Assembly (NCBI GenBank): GCA_963826535.1
Contig: CAWGXL010000001.1
Span: 78,336 to 142,335 of the forward strand
Direction of reading: 5' to 3'
DNA: 64,000 nt
Source: an uncultured bacterium
Lineage (GTDB): Bacteria > Patescibacteriota > Microgenomatia > Levybacterales > UBA12049
Positions 18,511-28,513 of the stretch are shown piece by piece. The position numbers were made by a program, and so were the translations under genes. The notes under the pieces are model-generated. The model was given only the letters and a program-made list of their open reading frames with translations, ran no database searches and had not been told where the DNA came from. The stretch's first letter is position 1; the number at the start of each line of letters is the position of its first letter.

Positions 18511-21144
18511 ATGAAAAAAATATTATACATCCTGGTAATTTTTTCACTAATAACCTTGGCGGTAACAAAATTCAATAATACTACATTAGCAGCCGGCTCC
18601 CCACTGAAAATCTCTCCATTCCACTCAAACGCAAATTCTCCCTGCGGAGTATTTTACACACCTTCGCCATACTCATTTACCTATAATAGCGAGACTGTCT
18701 GGCTCTCAAGTCTCTCCAATGGAACGGGCAATATTTACACCGATGACAAGATAGATATCGAAGTAACCCGTCCAGATGGAACTAAAGCTACATTCACCAA
18801 AAACTATGGCAATGGCTCCATAATAACTCCCACAGCTCCACAAAATATCACAACACTTTTCAAATCAGGTAACAACAACGTCAAAGTAACCATGACAGAC
18901 ACGACAGCCCCAGTGTGTAATTCCTCTGAGTACTGGCTGGTAGAGACGACTAGCGGTGGAGGGACAACGCCTGCAAAACCACATGTTTTACCAAGAAGTA
19001 CTTGGCATGGAGACAGCAGTGGAGCAACTATATCTCAAACACCGAAACGTATTGCCATCCATCATACAGCAGGCACGAATGATCCTGGGAATATAGGAAC
19101 TTTAAAGAAAGAATTAGAGCTTGCAACGAAATTAAAGCCTTCTATTACACTCAAAAAACTATTTAATCCTTTAAATGTGCTAAGTGCGGGATATGATCCC
19201 AATTATACAGCAATTCGAAATACTTACGAAGGATCAATCTTCCTAGACTGGCTGGATCATAAATATTTGCATCCAGATTACGGCATAGATGATCTTGCCT
19301 ATAGCTACCTTATTGCACCGAATGGGAAAATTTATGAGGGACGCTTTAAAGGTGGTTTAGCCGAAAATGCAGACAACAGAGGGTCATCAACATGGCACGC
19401 GAATACAGGACTCATTGGTATAGCATTTGTCGGAAGATATGGGATTGACACAGCAAGAGGAGAAAGTCAGGCTGTTATTAATCTTCTTCACGGAGTTGCA
19501 CAGCCTACGGATGCGTCAATTCAAAGCGCAAGAAGTCTAATTGATTGGTTGACCGCAAAATATAATATAGATAAAAATGGCCAAACTAAATTACCTCCGA
19601 GCGTTGATGGAGTTCCAAGTTGCATTAGATCCGAAGTCACAAATGAATGCTTTGTCAACAATATTGCAGGACACAAAGATTATGATTTCTCAACAAATAA
19701 TATAAGCAATAGTCCAAATGATACTATTTGCCCTGGAGATAATATATATCAATTTATTCCTACATTTAAATTCCTCGCTAATAACAATGGCACTGGCACT
19801 ATACCTGCTCACACAAACCCATCTGGACTATTGATCGCAGGATTCTCTCCAGTAAACTTGGGCGTAGTTGACCCTACGGGAAAAAGACTTGGCGTAGATC
19901 CGGCAACTGGACAATTTGTTACCAATATAACCAGCGGAGTCCAAGGAAAAATAATAGAAGGTGAAGATCCTACCGATTTCGACTTTGTACTTCATATTCC
20001 CTCACCAGTGAACGGAGTATATAAAGTTGATGTAGTAGGAACTGGGACAGGCGCATTTACTTTGGGTACCGAGGATCTTGCATCCTCAAATGCATCTGCT
20101 TATGCAGGAAATACTACAAGCGGACAAAAGGATAACTATCAAATTATCTATAACTCAACAACACCAACAAAACTTGAGATGTTCCATGACACTGTGCCTC
20201 CAGTAACTACAGGAAAAATGACATGCCCAAGAGACATGCAAGGAATCTGCCGCTCAACAGCAACCGTCAACTTAACAGCAACTGATACTGGCACAAATGG
20301 AGATCCCGCATCAGGTGTAGCAAAAATCGAATGTTCCCATGACAATAAAGTCACATGGCAGCAATGCGGAACAGCAAGCGGTGGCAGTCTTAGCTTCAAC
20401 AAAAATGAAAAAAAATCATTCCACTACAGAGCTATCGATAGAGTTGGGAATGCCGAGGCAGCCAAATTCTCAGGAGTTATCGATGTCCAACAGTTTGTCG
20501 CCCTCGCTGATTCTTCTCTTACCAGCAATTTAGCAACCAATTTGGAAACAAAAGGCATTGCCCAAAGCAATGGGACAATGAGTTTTACGTACAATACAAC
20601 AGTAAAACTTGATATCATAAACCACATCGGCGCTTTCACTCAATCAGGCAACACAACATTCACTTACAATCAAAAAAATCAGATAACAACACCAAATCCA
20701 TTACCAAACTACCCATTAAGCTACTACAAAACAACATGCCCCAATTTCGCGGGCCCGCTCACAATCAACGATACATCTCCTGCATACAACAAATGCATGT
20801 ATGTCACTGGCGATGTCACATTTAATGCAACGACTCCAACTGGAAAATTGACGATCATCAGCGAAGGATTCATCAGGGACAACAGCACAACAGCAAATCT
20901 GACAGCATGGGATACAAAAAATGGGGTACTCTTCTACTCCAACAAAGGGTACACAACATTAGCAAATGGAACCACATACACTGGTATCGTCTATGCTCCG
21001 ACTACAAAAATTGACGGAGCATTCTCAAATACAACACTCAACGGAGGATTATATTCAAAAACAGTAAACTTTGGGGCAGATACATCTTTAAAAGCATTCC
21101 AAGGGGCAGGCTTCCCGGCAACAACATATACGCTCCCATTGTAG
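18511..21144 (+). CDS. Large secreted N-acetylmuramoyl-L-alanine amidase (PGRP/Amidase_2) with Ig-like and C-terminal beta-rich domains
   Basis: Signal peptide; IAIHHTAG, LAYSYLIAPNGKIYEGR, IGIAFVG, IAGHKD, TICPG; DTVPPVTT. Confidence 0.82.
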   Translation: MKKILYILVIFSLITLAVTKFNNTTLAAGSPLKISPFHSNANSPCGVFYTPSPYSFTYNSETVWLSSLSNGTGNIYTDDKIDIEVTRPDGTKATFTKNYGNGSIITPTAPQNITTLFKSGNNNVKVTMTDTTAPVCNSSEYWLVETTSGGGTTPAKPHVLPRSTWHGDSSGATISQTPKRIAIHHTAGTNDPGNIGTLKKELELATKLKPSITLKKLFNPLNVLSAGYDPNYTAIRNTYEGSIFLDWLDHKYLHPDYGIDDLAYSYLIAPNGKIYEGRFKGGLAENADNRGSSTWHANTGLIGIAFVGRYGIDTARGESQAVINLLHGVAQPTDASIQSARSLIDWLTAKYNIDKNGQTKLPPSVDGVPSCIRSEVTNECFVNNIAGHKDYDFSTNNISNSPNDTICPGDNIYQFIPTFKFLANNNGTGTIPAHTNPSGLLIAGFSPVNLGVVDPTGKRLGVDPATGQFVTNITSGVQGKIIEGEDPTDFDFVLHIPSPVNGVYKVDVVGTGTGAFTLGTEDLASSNASAYAGNTTSGQKDNYQIIYNSTTPTKLEMFHDTVPPVTTGKMTCPRDMQGICRSTATVNLTATDTGTNGDPASGVAKIECSHDNKVTWQQCGTASGGSLSFNKNEKKSFHYRAIDRVGNAEAAKFSGVIDVQQFVALADSSLTSNLATNLETKGIAQSNGTMSFTYNTTVKLDIINHIGAFTQSGNTTFTYNQKNQITTPNPLPNYPLSYYKTTCPNFAGPLTINDTSPAYNKCMYVTGDVTFNATTPTGKLTIISEGFIRDNSTTANLTAWDTKNGVLFYSNKGYTTLANGTTYTGIVYAPTTKIDGAFSNTTLNGGLYSKTVNFGADTSLKAFQGAGFPATTYTLPL

Positions 21145-21159
21145 TATAATTTTATTACT

Positions 21160-22113
21160 ATGACGAAAAAAAGATTGTCCAAAAGTAGAATTATATTCTT
21201 GGGCATTTTGTTTCTTGCTCTTTTATTCATATTATTGCCCTCAAATAAATTAAGCGGCCGCTTTATCACTTTGGTGGAACCAAAAAACATTGTTGTCTCT
21301 CGTCCAATTTATAGAGAACACTACCCAACAGATTTTTTGTGGTGGCTTGGTGGCGAATATACTTGTACCAAAACCAATATTTTTGTAACTAATTTCATAG
21401 GAACTAAAGAACGAATCTTTTCCGATAATAACTATCAAGGAGATAAACTAGACTTATTTATTTTATCTCCAGATAGAACGCGTGCAATTGGCAAATTTAC
21501 TAATCAAACCTGCGGAGGCGCGGATCAGAAATATTCTTATTTTCAGTATATTGATTTATTCAATGATAAAACTATACCGATTATCGGCAAAGATAATAGG
21601 ATATTTGACTACTTGGGGAATATTGCCTTTTCCCCGAATAGTAGGCTAATAGCATATTTTAATAAAGATGCAATGTATGTATTTGATACAAAAGACGGAT
21701 CAAGCAAGAAACTTATCCAGAATTTAGATGTAAAACCCATTACGATATTTGACACAAATGAAGAATGGCAAAGCAGTGAACTTGGTCGTAGTCCTTTTAT
21801 TACATCTTCACTTGACAATGGCAAATATATATATAAACCGAGACGTAATCTTGCCTGGAAAGATGATTCAACAATTTATTATTATTTTAATTTAGCTCAT
21901 GATCCAGACGGCTTTTATTCAGTAAATTTCTCTAATGCTAGAATCAAAAAAATCTCTAATTACACATATGAAAAATTCCAACAACTAAAGAAACAAAATA
22001 CCAAACACCAATTAGGCATAATTGAATATCCCATTGAAGACTCTAAGGCAGACGATAATTATCAGAAGAAGTATTGTAACTATGGCGCGCATTATAGCTT
22101 TTGTCAAATATAA
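21160..22113 (+). CDS. Membrane-anchored beta-propeller-like hypothetical protein
   Basis: N-terminal TM; LSPDRTR, FSPNSRLIAY, LAWKDDSTIYY. Confidence 0.6.
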   Translation: MTKKRLSKSRIIFLGILFLALLFILLPSNKLSGRFITLVEPKNIVVSRPIYREHYPTDFLWWLGGEYTCTKTNIFVTNFIGTKERIFSDNNYQGDKLDLFILSPDRTRAIGKFTNQTCGGADQKYSYFQYIDLFNDKTIPIIGKDNRIFDYLGNIAFSPNSRLIAYFNKDAMYVFDTKDGSSKKLIQNLDVKPITIFDTNEEWQSSELGRSPFITSSLDNGKYIYKPRRNLAWKDDSTIYYYFNLAHDPDGFYSVNFSNARIKKISNYTYEKFQQLKKQNTKHQLGIIEYPIEDSKADDNYQKKYCNYGAHYSFCQI

Positions 22114-22242
22114 TACCTGGTCCTACCCAAAGTTGGACTATGACAGGTTGTTATAATGATCACAGCCTCTCGTATAACCCCTAATTCAACCACTTCGTTT
22201 CAAGCTCAGCTAAATATCTACCCACTCCACGGTGGCTTAAGT

Positions 22243-22297
22243 TGTCAGATATCCTGACGCTACAGTCATGTTAAATTTATTAGATATGTAATATGAT
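22243..22297 (+). promoter_or_regulatory. Second copy of the bipartite operator/promoter
   Basis: TGTCAG-atatc-CTGAC-N6-GTCATG-N21-TATGAT. Confidence 0.6.
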
Positions 22298-22364
22298 TGT
22301 TCCCAATAAGTGAAGTTTTTATACGCTCATCAAGCAGAAAATATTTAATAGAATATTCAAAATT

Positions 22365-22982
22365 ATGAAAACCCATAAATATACAAAATCAAGAAGAGTA
22401 TTAAACAGCAATATTGAACCGAAATATATTATAACTCATCAAAAAGCAGTCAAATTCATTGATTCTGTTGATCTAAAAAATACAGGGAAGGAGAACAGAA
22501 CAAAAAACTTAACAAAATTTGACTATCTCAAGAGTGAGCACAAGGATATTGTAAATCTCAAATATAACGAGCACTTAATTGCCTTTAAAGGCATAAATTC
22601 TCCAGCAATAGCAACGCTTACAAAAATGCTAAACCAGAATATCTCAACAAAAGAAATTCAAAAAATTATTGACCAACACACTTTGGAATGTATGGAATTT
22701 TTGACAAAAATTGAAAAAGATGGGATTACATATGCTCATACTACAATTATACTTTTGCTAATAGATGAATTAATTAAAAATCTAAAAATTCGTCGTATGA
22801 TTATTACACAAATTATTTATAAACAGGCATATATCTTATTGCCACATTCCTCAAATTTAAGGGGTGAATTGTTAAACTTCGCCGCACGCGATTTAGAATA
22901 TATAAGAGAAAAAAAATTACTACCACATTTATTACATCACCTTATACGATTAACGCAAGATATCATGAAATTGAAAATATGA
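22365..22982 (+). CDS. Hypothetical protein
   Basis: 205-aa ORF in very AT-rich DNA; no motif recognised. Confidence 0.6.
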   Translation: MKTHKYTKSRRVLNSNIEPKYIITHQKAVKFIDSVDLKNTGKENRTKNLTKFDYLKSEHKDIVNLKYNEHLIAFKGINSPAIATLTKMLNQNISTKEIQKIIDQHTLECMEFLTKIEKDGITYAHTTIILLLIDELIKNLKIRRMIITQIIYKQAYILLPHSSNLRGELLNFAARDLEYIREKKLLPHLLHHLIRLTQDIMKLKI

Positions 22983-23002
22983 TTCAACACTCTTATTAAC
23001 AT

Positions 23003-23314
23003 ATGATATATCGATCGTCAACAACATTCACAGATCAGAGAAACCAACAAACGCGACATATGAAACATGCTAAGGAAACAAAGAATGCCCTGTCTAATAT
23101 TAGAATTTGTAAAAATCATCCCAGTAGCCCATGGGGACAAGATCAATTGGACAACTGGCTTCCTCAATGTTATTACGGGCATACTACTGGTACAACCTGT
23201 GAATTACTAAAAGTAGAAAAAGGTGTAGCACCGGATATTTATTGCGAATGTGGTGAGTATGGAATAAAAAAAAGTAATACTTATTGTACCCCGTTAAATA
23301 TCCGCGCAAGTTAA
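23003..23314 (+). CDS. Small Cys-rich hypothetical protein
   Basis: Six Cys including CKNH and CECG. Confidence 0.5.
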   Translation: MIYRSSTTFTDQRNQQTRHMKHAKETKNALSNIRICKNHPSSPWGQDQLDNWLPQCYYGHTTGTTCELLKVEKGVAPDIYCECGEYGIKKSNTYCTPLNIRAS

Positions 23315-23369
23315 ATTAAGCTATAAACTCCTCTTGACTTTATCTAATTTAAATAGCTAATATTATCCT

Positions 23370-23744
23370 ATGAATAAAAGAATATTAATTATAGATGACG
23401 ATCGATATATACGAGAGTTATATGAAGAAGTCTTAAAAAACGCAGGTTTTGTGGTTCTAACTGCAGTAGATGGAGAAGAGGGGATTAACAAATTGAAAGA
23501 AGGAGGCTACGATCTTGTCCTCCTTGATATGATGATGCCCAAAGTTGACGGAACGGGAGTAATGAATGAACTCACTCAGCACCCACCAAAATTAAAAAAT
23601 GGCCCAATAATTCTTCTCTCAAACCTCGGTAATGAATTACGCATAGAAAATGCCCTTAAATTGGGAGCATCAACATATATAGTCAAATCAGACATCACCC
23701 CTGACAAATTATTAGAAGTGGTAGAAAAATATCTTGTAAAATAA
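23370..23744 (+). CDS. Single-domain response regulator (CheY-like)
   Basis: ILIIDDD, LLDMMMPKVDG, LSN, YIVK. Confidence 0.92.
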   Translation: MNKRILIIDDDRYIRELYEEVLKNAGFVVLTAVDGEEGINKLKEGGYDLVLLDMMMPKVDGTGVMNELTQHPPKLKNGPIILLSNLGNELRIENALKLGASTYIVKSDITPDKLLEVVEKYLVK

Positions 23745-23819
23745 ATTACCAACTCCACATTTTCAGTATTCTTACAACATTCTATCTAAATTCACAAAAG
23801 GAAATAGTAGTGTTTAAAT

Positions 23820-24131
23820 ATGACTATTCTGGAAATCTCACAAGCTAATATATTAATATGGGTACTTTTTGGTTTGGTTGTAGGATCACTCGTCCATCTA
23901 CTCGATCCCGGGGAGATCAAAGGTGGCATATTCATGACAATTGGATTGGGCATACTTGGAGCTGTTGCCGGCGGCCTTCTATCTTCAGTCTTATTCAATA
24001 CAGCAATATCAGGCATTAATTTCCAAAATTTTGCCATAGCAGTAATCGGCGGCATAATCCTCGCAGTAATCTCCAGACTAATTTTCCGAAACCGAAATCA
24101 TATCAAAACAATAAACATGAAATTAAGATAA
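23820..24131 (+). CDS. GlsB/YeaQ/YmgE (transglycosylase-associated) membrane protein
   Basis: WVLFGLVVG...LGILGAVAGG...AVIGGIIL. Confidence 0.85.
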   Translation: MTILEISQANILIWVLFGLVVGSLVHLLDPGEIKGGIFMTIGLGILGAVAGGLLSSVLFNTAISGINFQNFAIAVIGGIILAVISRLIFRNRNHIKTINMKLR

Positions 24132-24176
24132 CCCGCGTGGGTGGGCCAGCTGAGCTAGACATCACCAAGCTTAGCT

Positions 24177-24252
24177 TGGTGGATCCTGCAAGATTCGAAC
24201 TTGCGACATTTGCAGTGTAAATGCAACGCTCTACCAGCTGAGCTAAGGATCC
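24177..24252 (-). tRNA. tRNA-Val(TAC), CCA encoded
   Basis: Cloverleaf; anticodon arm TTGCA-TTTACAC-TGCAA; GTTCGAAT. Confidence 0.95.
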
Positions 24253-24449
24253 AAATAGCTATTGCACTTCAATCAACTTGAATAATAACAAATAAACACT
24301 TTATTGACAACAAGTTAGTCTCGCCAACACAACCGAGTTAAGCCTAGCTGCTACGACTGGTACCGGATCACTCAAAACGAGAAATAAACCAAAAAACATG
24401 TTCTTACACTACGAAAAATTCAAAAACGATGGGAAAACCAAACTACCTG

Positions 24450-25187
24450 CTAAGCTGCAAATCTCTTTGCAATAAACTGAATAGCCTCAACTAAGACTAT
24501 CCTATTATTATATTTTTGTATTATTAGTTTTAACTTCACTTTGTCACTTTTATAATTTTTGACTATTGAGATTAAAGTGGGCAGTGCCCGTACGATATTG
24601 TCAACAATTGTAATTGTAGCTTTTTGAGCTGTACGCGATAAAGGATTTAAATCAACAGTTATTACCTTTTTCCCGTTTTTGATCAAAGCCTCAGTTCTAT
24701 CCCCATCTTCAAGCGGTACAAATACAACATCAGCTTTCATTATGCCTGTGGGATTAACATATCTTCTATCGGAGTCTAGAAAAGGGATAATGCATCTCTC
24801 ATCAGGAAGCAGAATTTCTTTTGCACCGTTTTTAATTAAATGATTTTTGATTTTTATCAATCTTTCCTGCGACTTATGAAAGAGATTTACCTCAAGTGGA
24901 GCGTTTAATATCTTAGACATTGCTATTAACTCTTTAGATACAAGCGCTGCTGTGTTTCCGTTAACTGAAATTACCGGATGTTTTGCGAGCATAAGCAATG
25001 CTGCAGCCGCCTCCAGAGAACTCACAGCAAATCTATTTGTTTTTTCGCCAATAAGATAATCAAATGCCTCACCTCTACCTTGAGCTATCAAACCATTTAG
25101 AGAGGTAATGCCTTCCCGAACTCCTAATTCAATGCGTGTTCGGATTTTGAGCGAAATATATCGTGGATGAGATTTCGGTACATTCAT
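24450..25187 (-). CDS. Archaeal-type phosphopantothenate synthetase (PPS)
   Basis: SHPRY, GRGEAFDYLIGE, SVNGN, VPLEDGDR, DLNPLSRT. Confidence 0.92.
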   Translation of the reverse strand: MNVPKSHPRYISLKIRTRIELGVREGITSLNGLIAQGRGEAFDYLIGEKTNRFAVSSLEAAAALLMLAKHPVISVNGNTAALVSKELIAMSKILNAPLEVNLFHKSQERLIKIKNHLIKNGAKEILLPDERCIIPFLDSDRRYVNPTGIMKADVVFVPLEDGDRTEALIKNGKKVITVDLNPLSRTAQKATITIVDNIVRALPTLISIVKNYKSDKVKLKLIIQKYNNRIVLVEAIQFIAKRFAA

Positions 25188-26023
25188 AAGATATGTGCTC
25201 CTTTATCTGAAACAGACAACCTTCTAGCCCCTTTAAATGGTTTATTACTAAACACAGCATTTCCCAACATAATCATTGAAGCATAACCATTATTCTTTTC
25301 AATATTCTTTATGGTTTCTATAACTTTTTTATCTGTCAATAATCCACTGTTTCTAGCAAATCCTTTCGATAGTCTAATTAAATCTTCAAATAACAACTTT
25401 TTCTCTGCCCTAATTAATATTCGTAATTTGTTCATAGCGCTTGTAGCTGATTTATTTATTTCGTCAACTACTTCCTTATTATTAATGATTGATTTAGTAG
25501 AGATCTTACTAAAATATACACAATAAACCGGAGTTTTATCAAACGAAAGCTTCTCAACTATAAAATGCGAACTTGGCTTAAATTTTACAATCATTCCTCC
25601 AAAATATTGACTCGCAACATCTCCAAGACCGGTTTTACTTATCACATCTGCAGTATGAGCAATAACTGCCAATTCTTTATTAGATTTTTTCAAATCCAAT
25701 AGTTTATTTAATGCATATGCGCTCGCCAATGCACTAGCCCCACTTATACCGAACCCACAACCCAATGGCAGAGAAGTATTTATATTTAATTTTATCTTCT
25801 GCTTTGTTAATAGTTGTATAACTTTTCTAACTGTTGGCAAGTTGATGGCTTTATCGTTAAAGAAAATTTTATTAGAATCTGATTTAACAACCTCAACTAT
25901 TACACCTTCCCGTATAGTAAATCCTAATCCATAAGAACCCATCCAACGCGGATCTTTATGCCCATAAATCTTAAAAATACAACTTATATTTCCCGGAGCA
26001 AACGCTCGTGCTTTGTGCATCAT
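25184..26023 (-). CDS. Archaeal-type pantoate kinase (GHMP family, PoK)
   Basis: AFAPGNIS, GSYGLG, LPLGCGFGISGA, TGLGDV, ASMIMLGN; overlaps the PPS start. Confidence 0.88.
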   Translation of the reverse strand: MMHKARAFAPGNISCIFKIYGHKDPRWMGSYGLGFTIREGVIVEVVKSDSNKIFFNDKAINLPTVRKVIQLLTKQKIKLNINTSLPLGCGFGISGASALASAYALNKLLDLKKSNKELAVIAHTADVISKTGLGDVASQYFGGMIVKFKPSSHFIVEKLSFDKTPVYCVYFSKISTKSIINNKEVVDEINKSATSAMNKLRILIRAEKKLLFEDLIRLSKGFARNSGLLTDKKVIETIKNIEKNNGYASMIMLGNAVFSNKPFKGARRLSVSDKGAHIL

Positions 26024-26090
26024 TTTTAAAGAGGAATTTTTGACAGCAAAGTGATTCTAATTTATCTGATCCATTTATTATATTTCATAT

Positions 26091-26378
26091 TTATTTTTTC
26101 GCCTTAACCCCCACGATCATCCTCCCCGCATTAACTCCACCCTTTGCCTTATGCTTTGTTTCCGCCGGAAACTCAACCCGGTCACCCTGACGAAAAGTCT
26201 TTGAACCCTCAAGGTTTGATATAGTTAATTCACCATTCAAAATCACATGCACCGTATGCTCATCGTGCGTATGCTCTCCCGAATCAAACCCCGCTTCAAT
26301 CGGACAAACCCGAATATTCTCAAATCCCTCCTGTTCCAATTTTTTAATCCACTCCTGTTCATTCATAGTTTTATTCAT
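26091..26378 (-). CDS. Cupin-domain protein
   Basis: HTH...H...GEL...PAETKH. Confidence 0.85.
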   Translation of the reverse strand: MNKTMNEQEWIKKLEQEGFENIRVCPIEAGFDSGEHTHDEHTVHVILNGELTISNLEGSKTFRQGDRVEFPAETKHKAKGGVNAGRMIVGVKAKK

Positions 26379-26382
26379 CTAG

Positions 26383-26464
26383 TGCGGACGAGAGGACTTG
26401 AACCTCCAAGCCTTGCGGCACAGCCACCTCAAGGCTGCGCGTCTGCCAATTTCGCCACGTCCGC
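26383..26464 (-). tRNA. tRNA-Leu(GAG), CCA not encoded
   Basis: CAGCC-TTGAGGT-GGCTG; long variable arm. Confidence 0.95.
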
Positions 26465-26595
26465 ATTTTACATCGATTACACTTGCTAATTTTAACAGTT
26501 TAACATACGCGTATCAAGCTGATATTAAGGCTATAATCATAAGCTTAAACTAGCAGTATTGTGAACAATACTATTGATTGCTATAATCTCACCAA

Positions 26596-27405
26596 ATGCA
26601 AACACTGGAACAAAGACCACATGCCATTGCTGACATTCTAACAACTGATAGTCTCCCACTGAGAGAAAGTCGATTAGTTAAAAAAAGAGAAAATATTGTA
26701 TACAATAACCAGGATGAAAAAAATAGAAAAAAATTTCAACCACAGATAGATGCTTTAAATCAGTTGGGATACTCCAAAAATGATGCGATAGATTTAATAC
26801 TCTTCAGCCTCCGATTGTTCGATAATACAACCACTAAACGAGAAAAGGGAAGCAGGATTTATCACGAAGGAGATCCAGCCGAGTCAGTAGTTTTACTAAA
26901 GAGTGGACATGCGCTTGTCTACAATAGTGAAAGATACGGAAAACGAAATATAATTGAAATAGCCGACAGCCCTATGTTCTTAGGAGATGAAATTCTTCAT
27001 GAAATTCAGCGAAGGGAATACACAATAGAAGCACTTACAAACTGTAGTTTTCAAACTGTACAAAAAGAAAAATTTGCGGAACAACTCAAACAAGAACCAA
27101 AACTAGCAACCCTTCTATTTGTTACACAAAGCATAAAAAAACACCGCCTAGAAAATCGAATGCTCGACTTAATGTCCAAAAAAGCTCTCTTACGCGTAGC
27201 ATCTGCTTTTTCAGAATTTATAAAAATTCCAGGAATTTCGCCGCAGCAAATAACATATCAATTAATCGCGGATTATTCAGGTTGTTCCAGAGAAACGGTA
27301 ACTCGTGAAATGGCAAGACTTAAAGATGCTCAAATTTTACAATGGGTAAGTGGGATAGGACCTCAAATCAATGATGAAAGCGCATTAAAAGCGCTTACCG
27401 ATTGA
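26596..27405 (+). CDS. Crp/Fnr-family regulator with N-terminal extension
   Basis: IYHEGDPA, FLGDE, EALTNC; HTH IADYSGCSRETVTR. Confidence 0.88.
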   Translation: MQTLEQRPHAIADILTTDSLPLRESRLVKKRENIVYNNQDEKNRKKFQPQIDALNQLGYSKNDAIDLILFSLRLFDNTTTKREKGSRIYHEGDPAESVVLLKSGHALVYNSERYGKRNIIEIADSPMFLGDEILHEIQRREYTIEALTNCSFQTVQKEKFAEQLKQEPKLATLLFVTQSIKKHRLENRMLDLMSKKALLRVASAFSEFIKIPGISPQQITYQLIADYSGCSRETVTREMARLKDAQILQWVSGIGPQINDESALKALTD

Positions 27406-27418
27406 AGGGTTACTTCTG

Positions 27419-27502
27419 TGCCCAAGAGAGGACTTGAACCTCCACGCCTTTTCAGGCACAGCGTCCTGAACGCTGCGTGTCTGCCAGTTTCACCACCTGG
27501 GC
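27419..27502 (-). tRNA. tRNA-Leu(CAG), CCA not encoded
   Basis: CAGCG-TTCAGGA-CGCTG; long variable arm. Confidence 0.95.
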
Positions 27503-27576
27503 AATTAATTAACCAATTCTATCAAAAGGCACGAAACTTGACAACTAAAAAGCGATTTGCCATTATACAATTATAG

Positions 27577-28152
27577 ATGAAAAGGGTAATACTTGGCGTC
27601 GCATTTGTCGCAATTACTCCAATTGCGTTCCTTTTTGCACTCATTTTAACCCTGGCCTCATATCACAAAAACTATATTTCCCAGGCATTCATCCTAAGCC
27701 GCACGAATACAGTCGCGTATGCTGCCCTTCCAACTTCTCAAAATACTTTTTCCGCAAATATCAGTGAACTAGACGGACGTGCTGAAAAAATTAGACAATT
27801 TTTACAAAGATATAACTCGCCACTTGAACCTTACGCACAAGACATTGTAGACGCGGCAGATACATATGGACTCGACCATCGCCTTATTCCGGCAATAGCA
27901 ATGCAGGAATCCAATCTCTGCCTCAAAATTCCTACTGACTCATATAACTGTTGGGGATTCGGAATATATGGTGGCAAAGTCCACAGATTTAGTGATTACA
28001 AAGAAGGAATTTATGCGGTTTCAAAAACTCTGGCAACAAAATATCATAATAAAGGGCTTATAACTCCCGAGCAAATAATGACTAAGTGGACTCCGTCAAG
28101 CAATGGAAGCTGGGCTTTTAGCGTTAATCATTTCATGAACCAACTTAATTAA
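27577..28152 (+). CDS. Membrane-anchored glucosaminidase/lysozyme-like protein
   Basis: TM; AIAMQES, NCWGFG. Confidence 0.7.
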   Translation: MKRVILGVAFVAITPIAFLFALILTLASYHKNYISQAFILSRTNTVAYAALPTSQNTFSANISELDGRAEKIRQFLQRYNSPLEPYAQDIVDAADTYGLDHRLIPAIAMQESNLCLKIPTDSYNCWGFGIYGGKVHRFSDYKEGIYAVSKTLATKYHNKGLITPEQIMTKWTPSSNGSWAFSVNHFMNQLN

Positions 28153-28398
28153 AATACACCTTGACAAACCTATAGTTAAGTGATAATATACCAGGCAGAT
28201 CCTCAGGTGCTTGACCAAAACAAACACGTGGGGATTTATTTTGTTTATACCCCTTTTTAATTGTAAATAAATAGGCTATAATAAATCAGCTTTAATAACT
28301 AATTTCTGCCTTATAATTTTAAATTTGAACTATAAAAAGCAAAATTTTTAAACGTCTGTTCGGCTAATGACTAATAGCAAAAAGCTGAGAGTTAACTT

Positions 28399-28483
28399 GG
28401 GCCTGTGGCGGAACTGGCAGACGCGTACGGTTTAGGACCGTATCCCGAAAGGGGTGGAGGTTCAAGTCCTCTCTGGCCCACCA
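28399..28483 (+). tRNA. tRNA-Leu(TAG), CCA encoded
   Basis: TACGG-TTTAGGA-CCGTA; one T-T mismatch in the acceptor stem. Confidence 0.93.
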
Positions 28484-28513
28484 AATCCTTATTTCGTAAG
28501 TCTTAATCTAATT

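Noticed and set aside
24146-24157. 12-bp match (CCAGCTGAGCTA) to the tRNA-Val D-arm as an att site
   Set aside because: Short, not the 3' end, and no integrase; may be chance or a remnant.
28197-28236. Imperfect hairpin after a TTGACA-17-TAATAT promoter as a riboswitch
   Set aside because: No recognisable aptamer; probably part of the tRNA-Leu/tig leader.
28454-28513. N-terminal extension of trigger factor
   Set aside because: Starts inside tRNA-Leu(TAG); real start is 28514.
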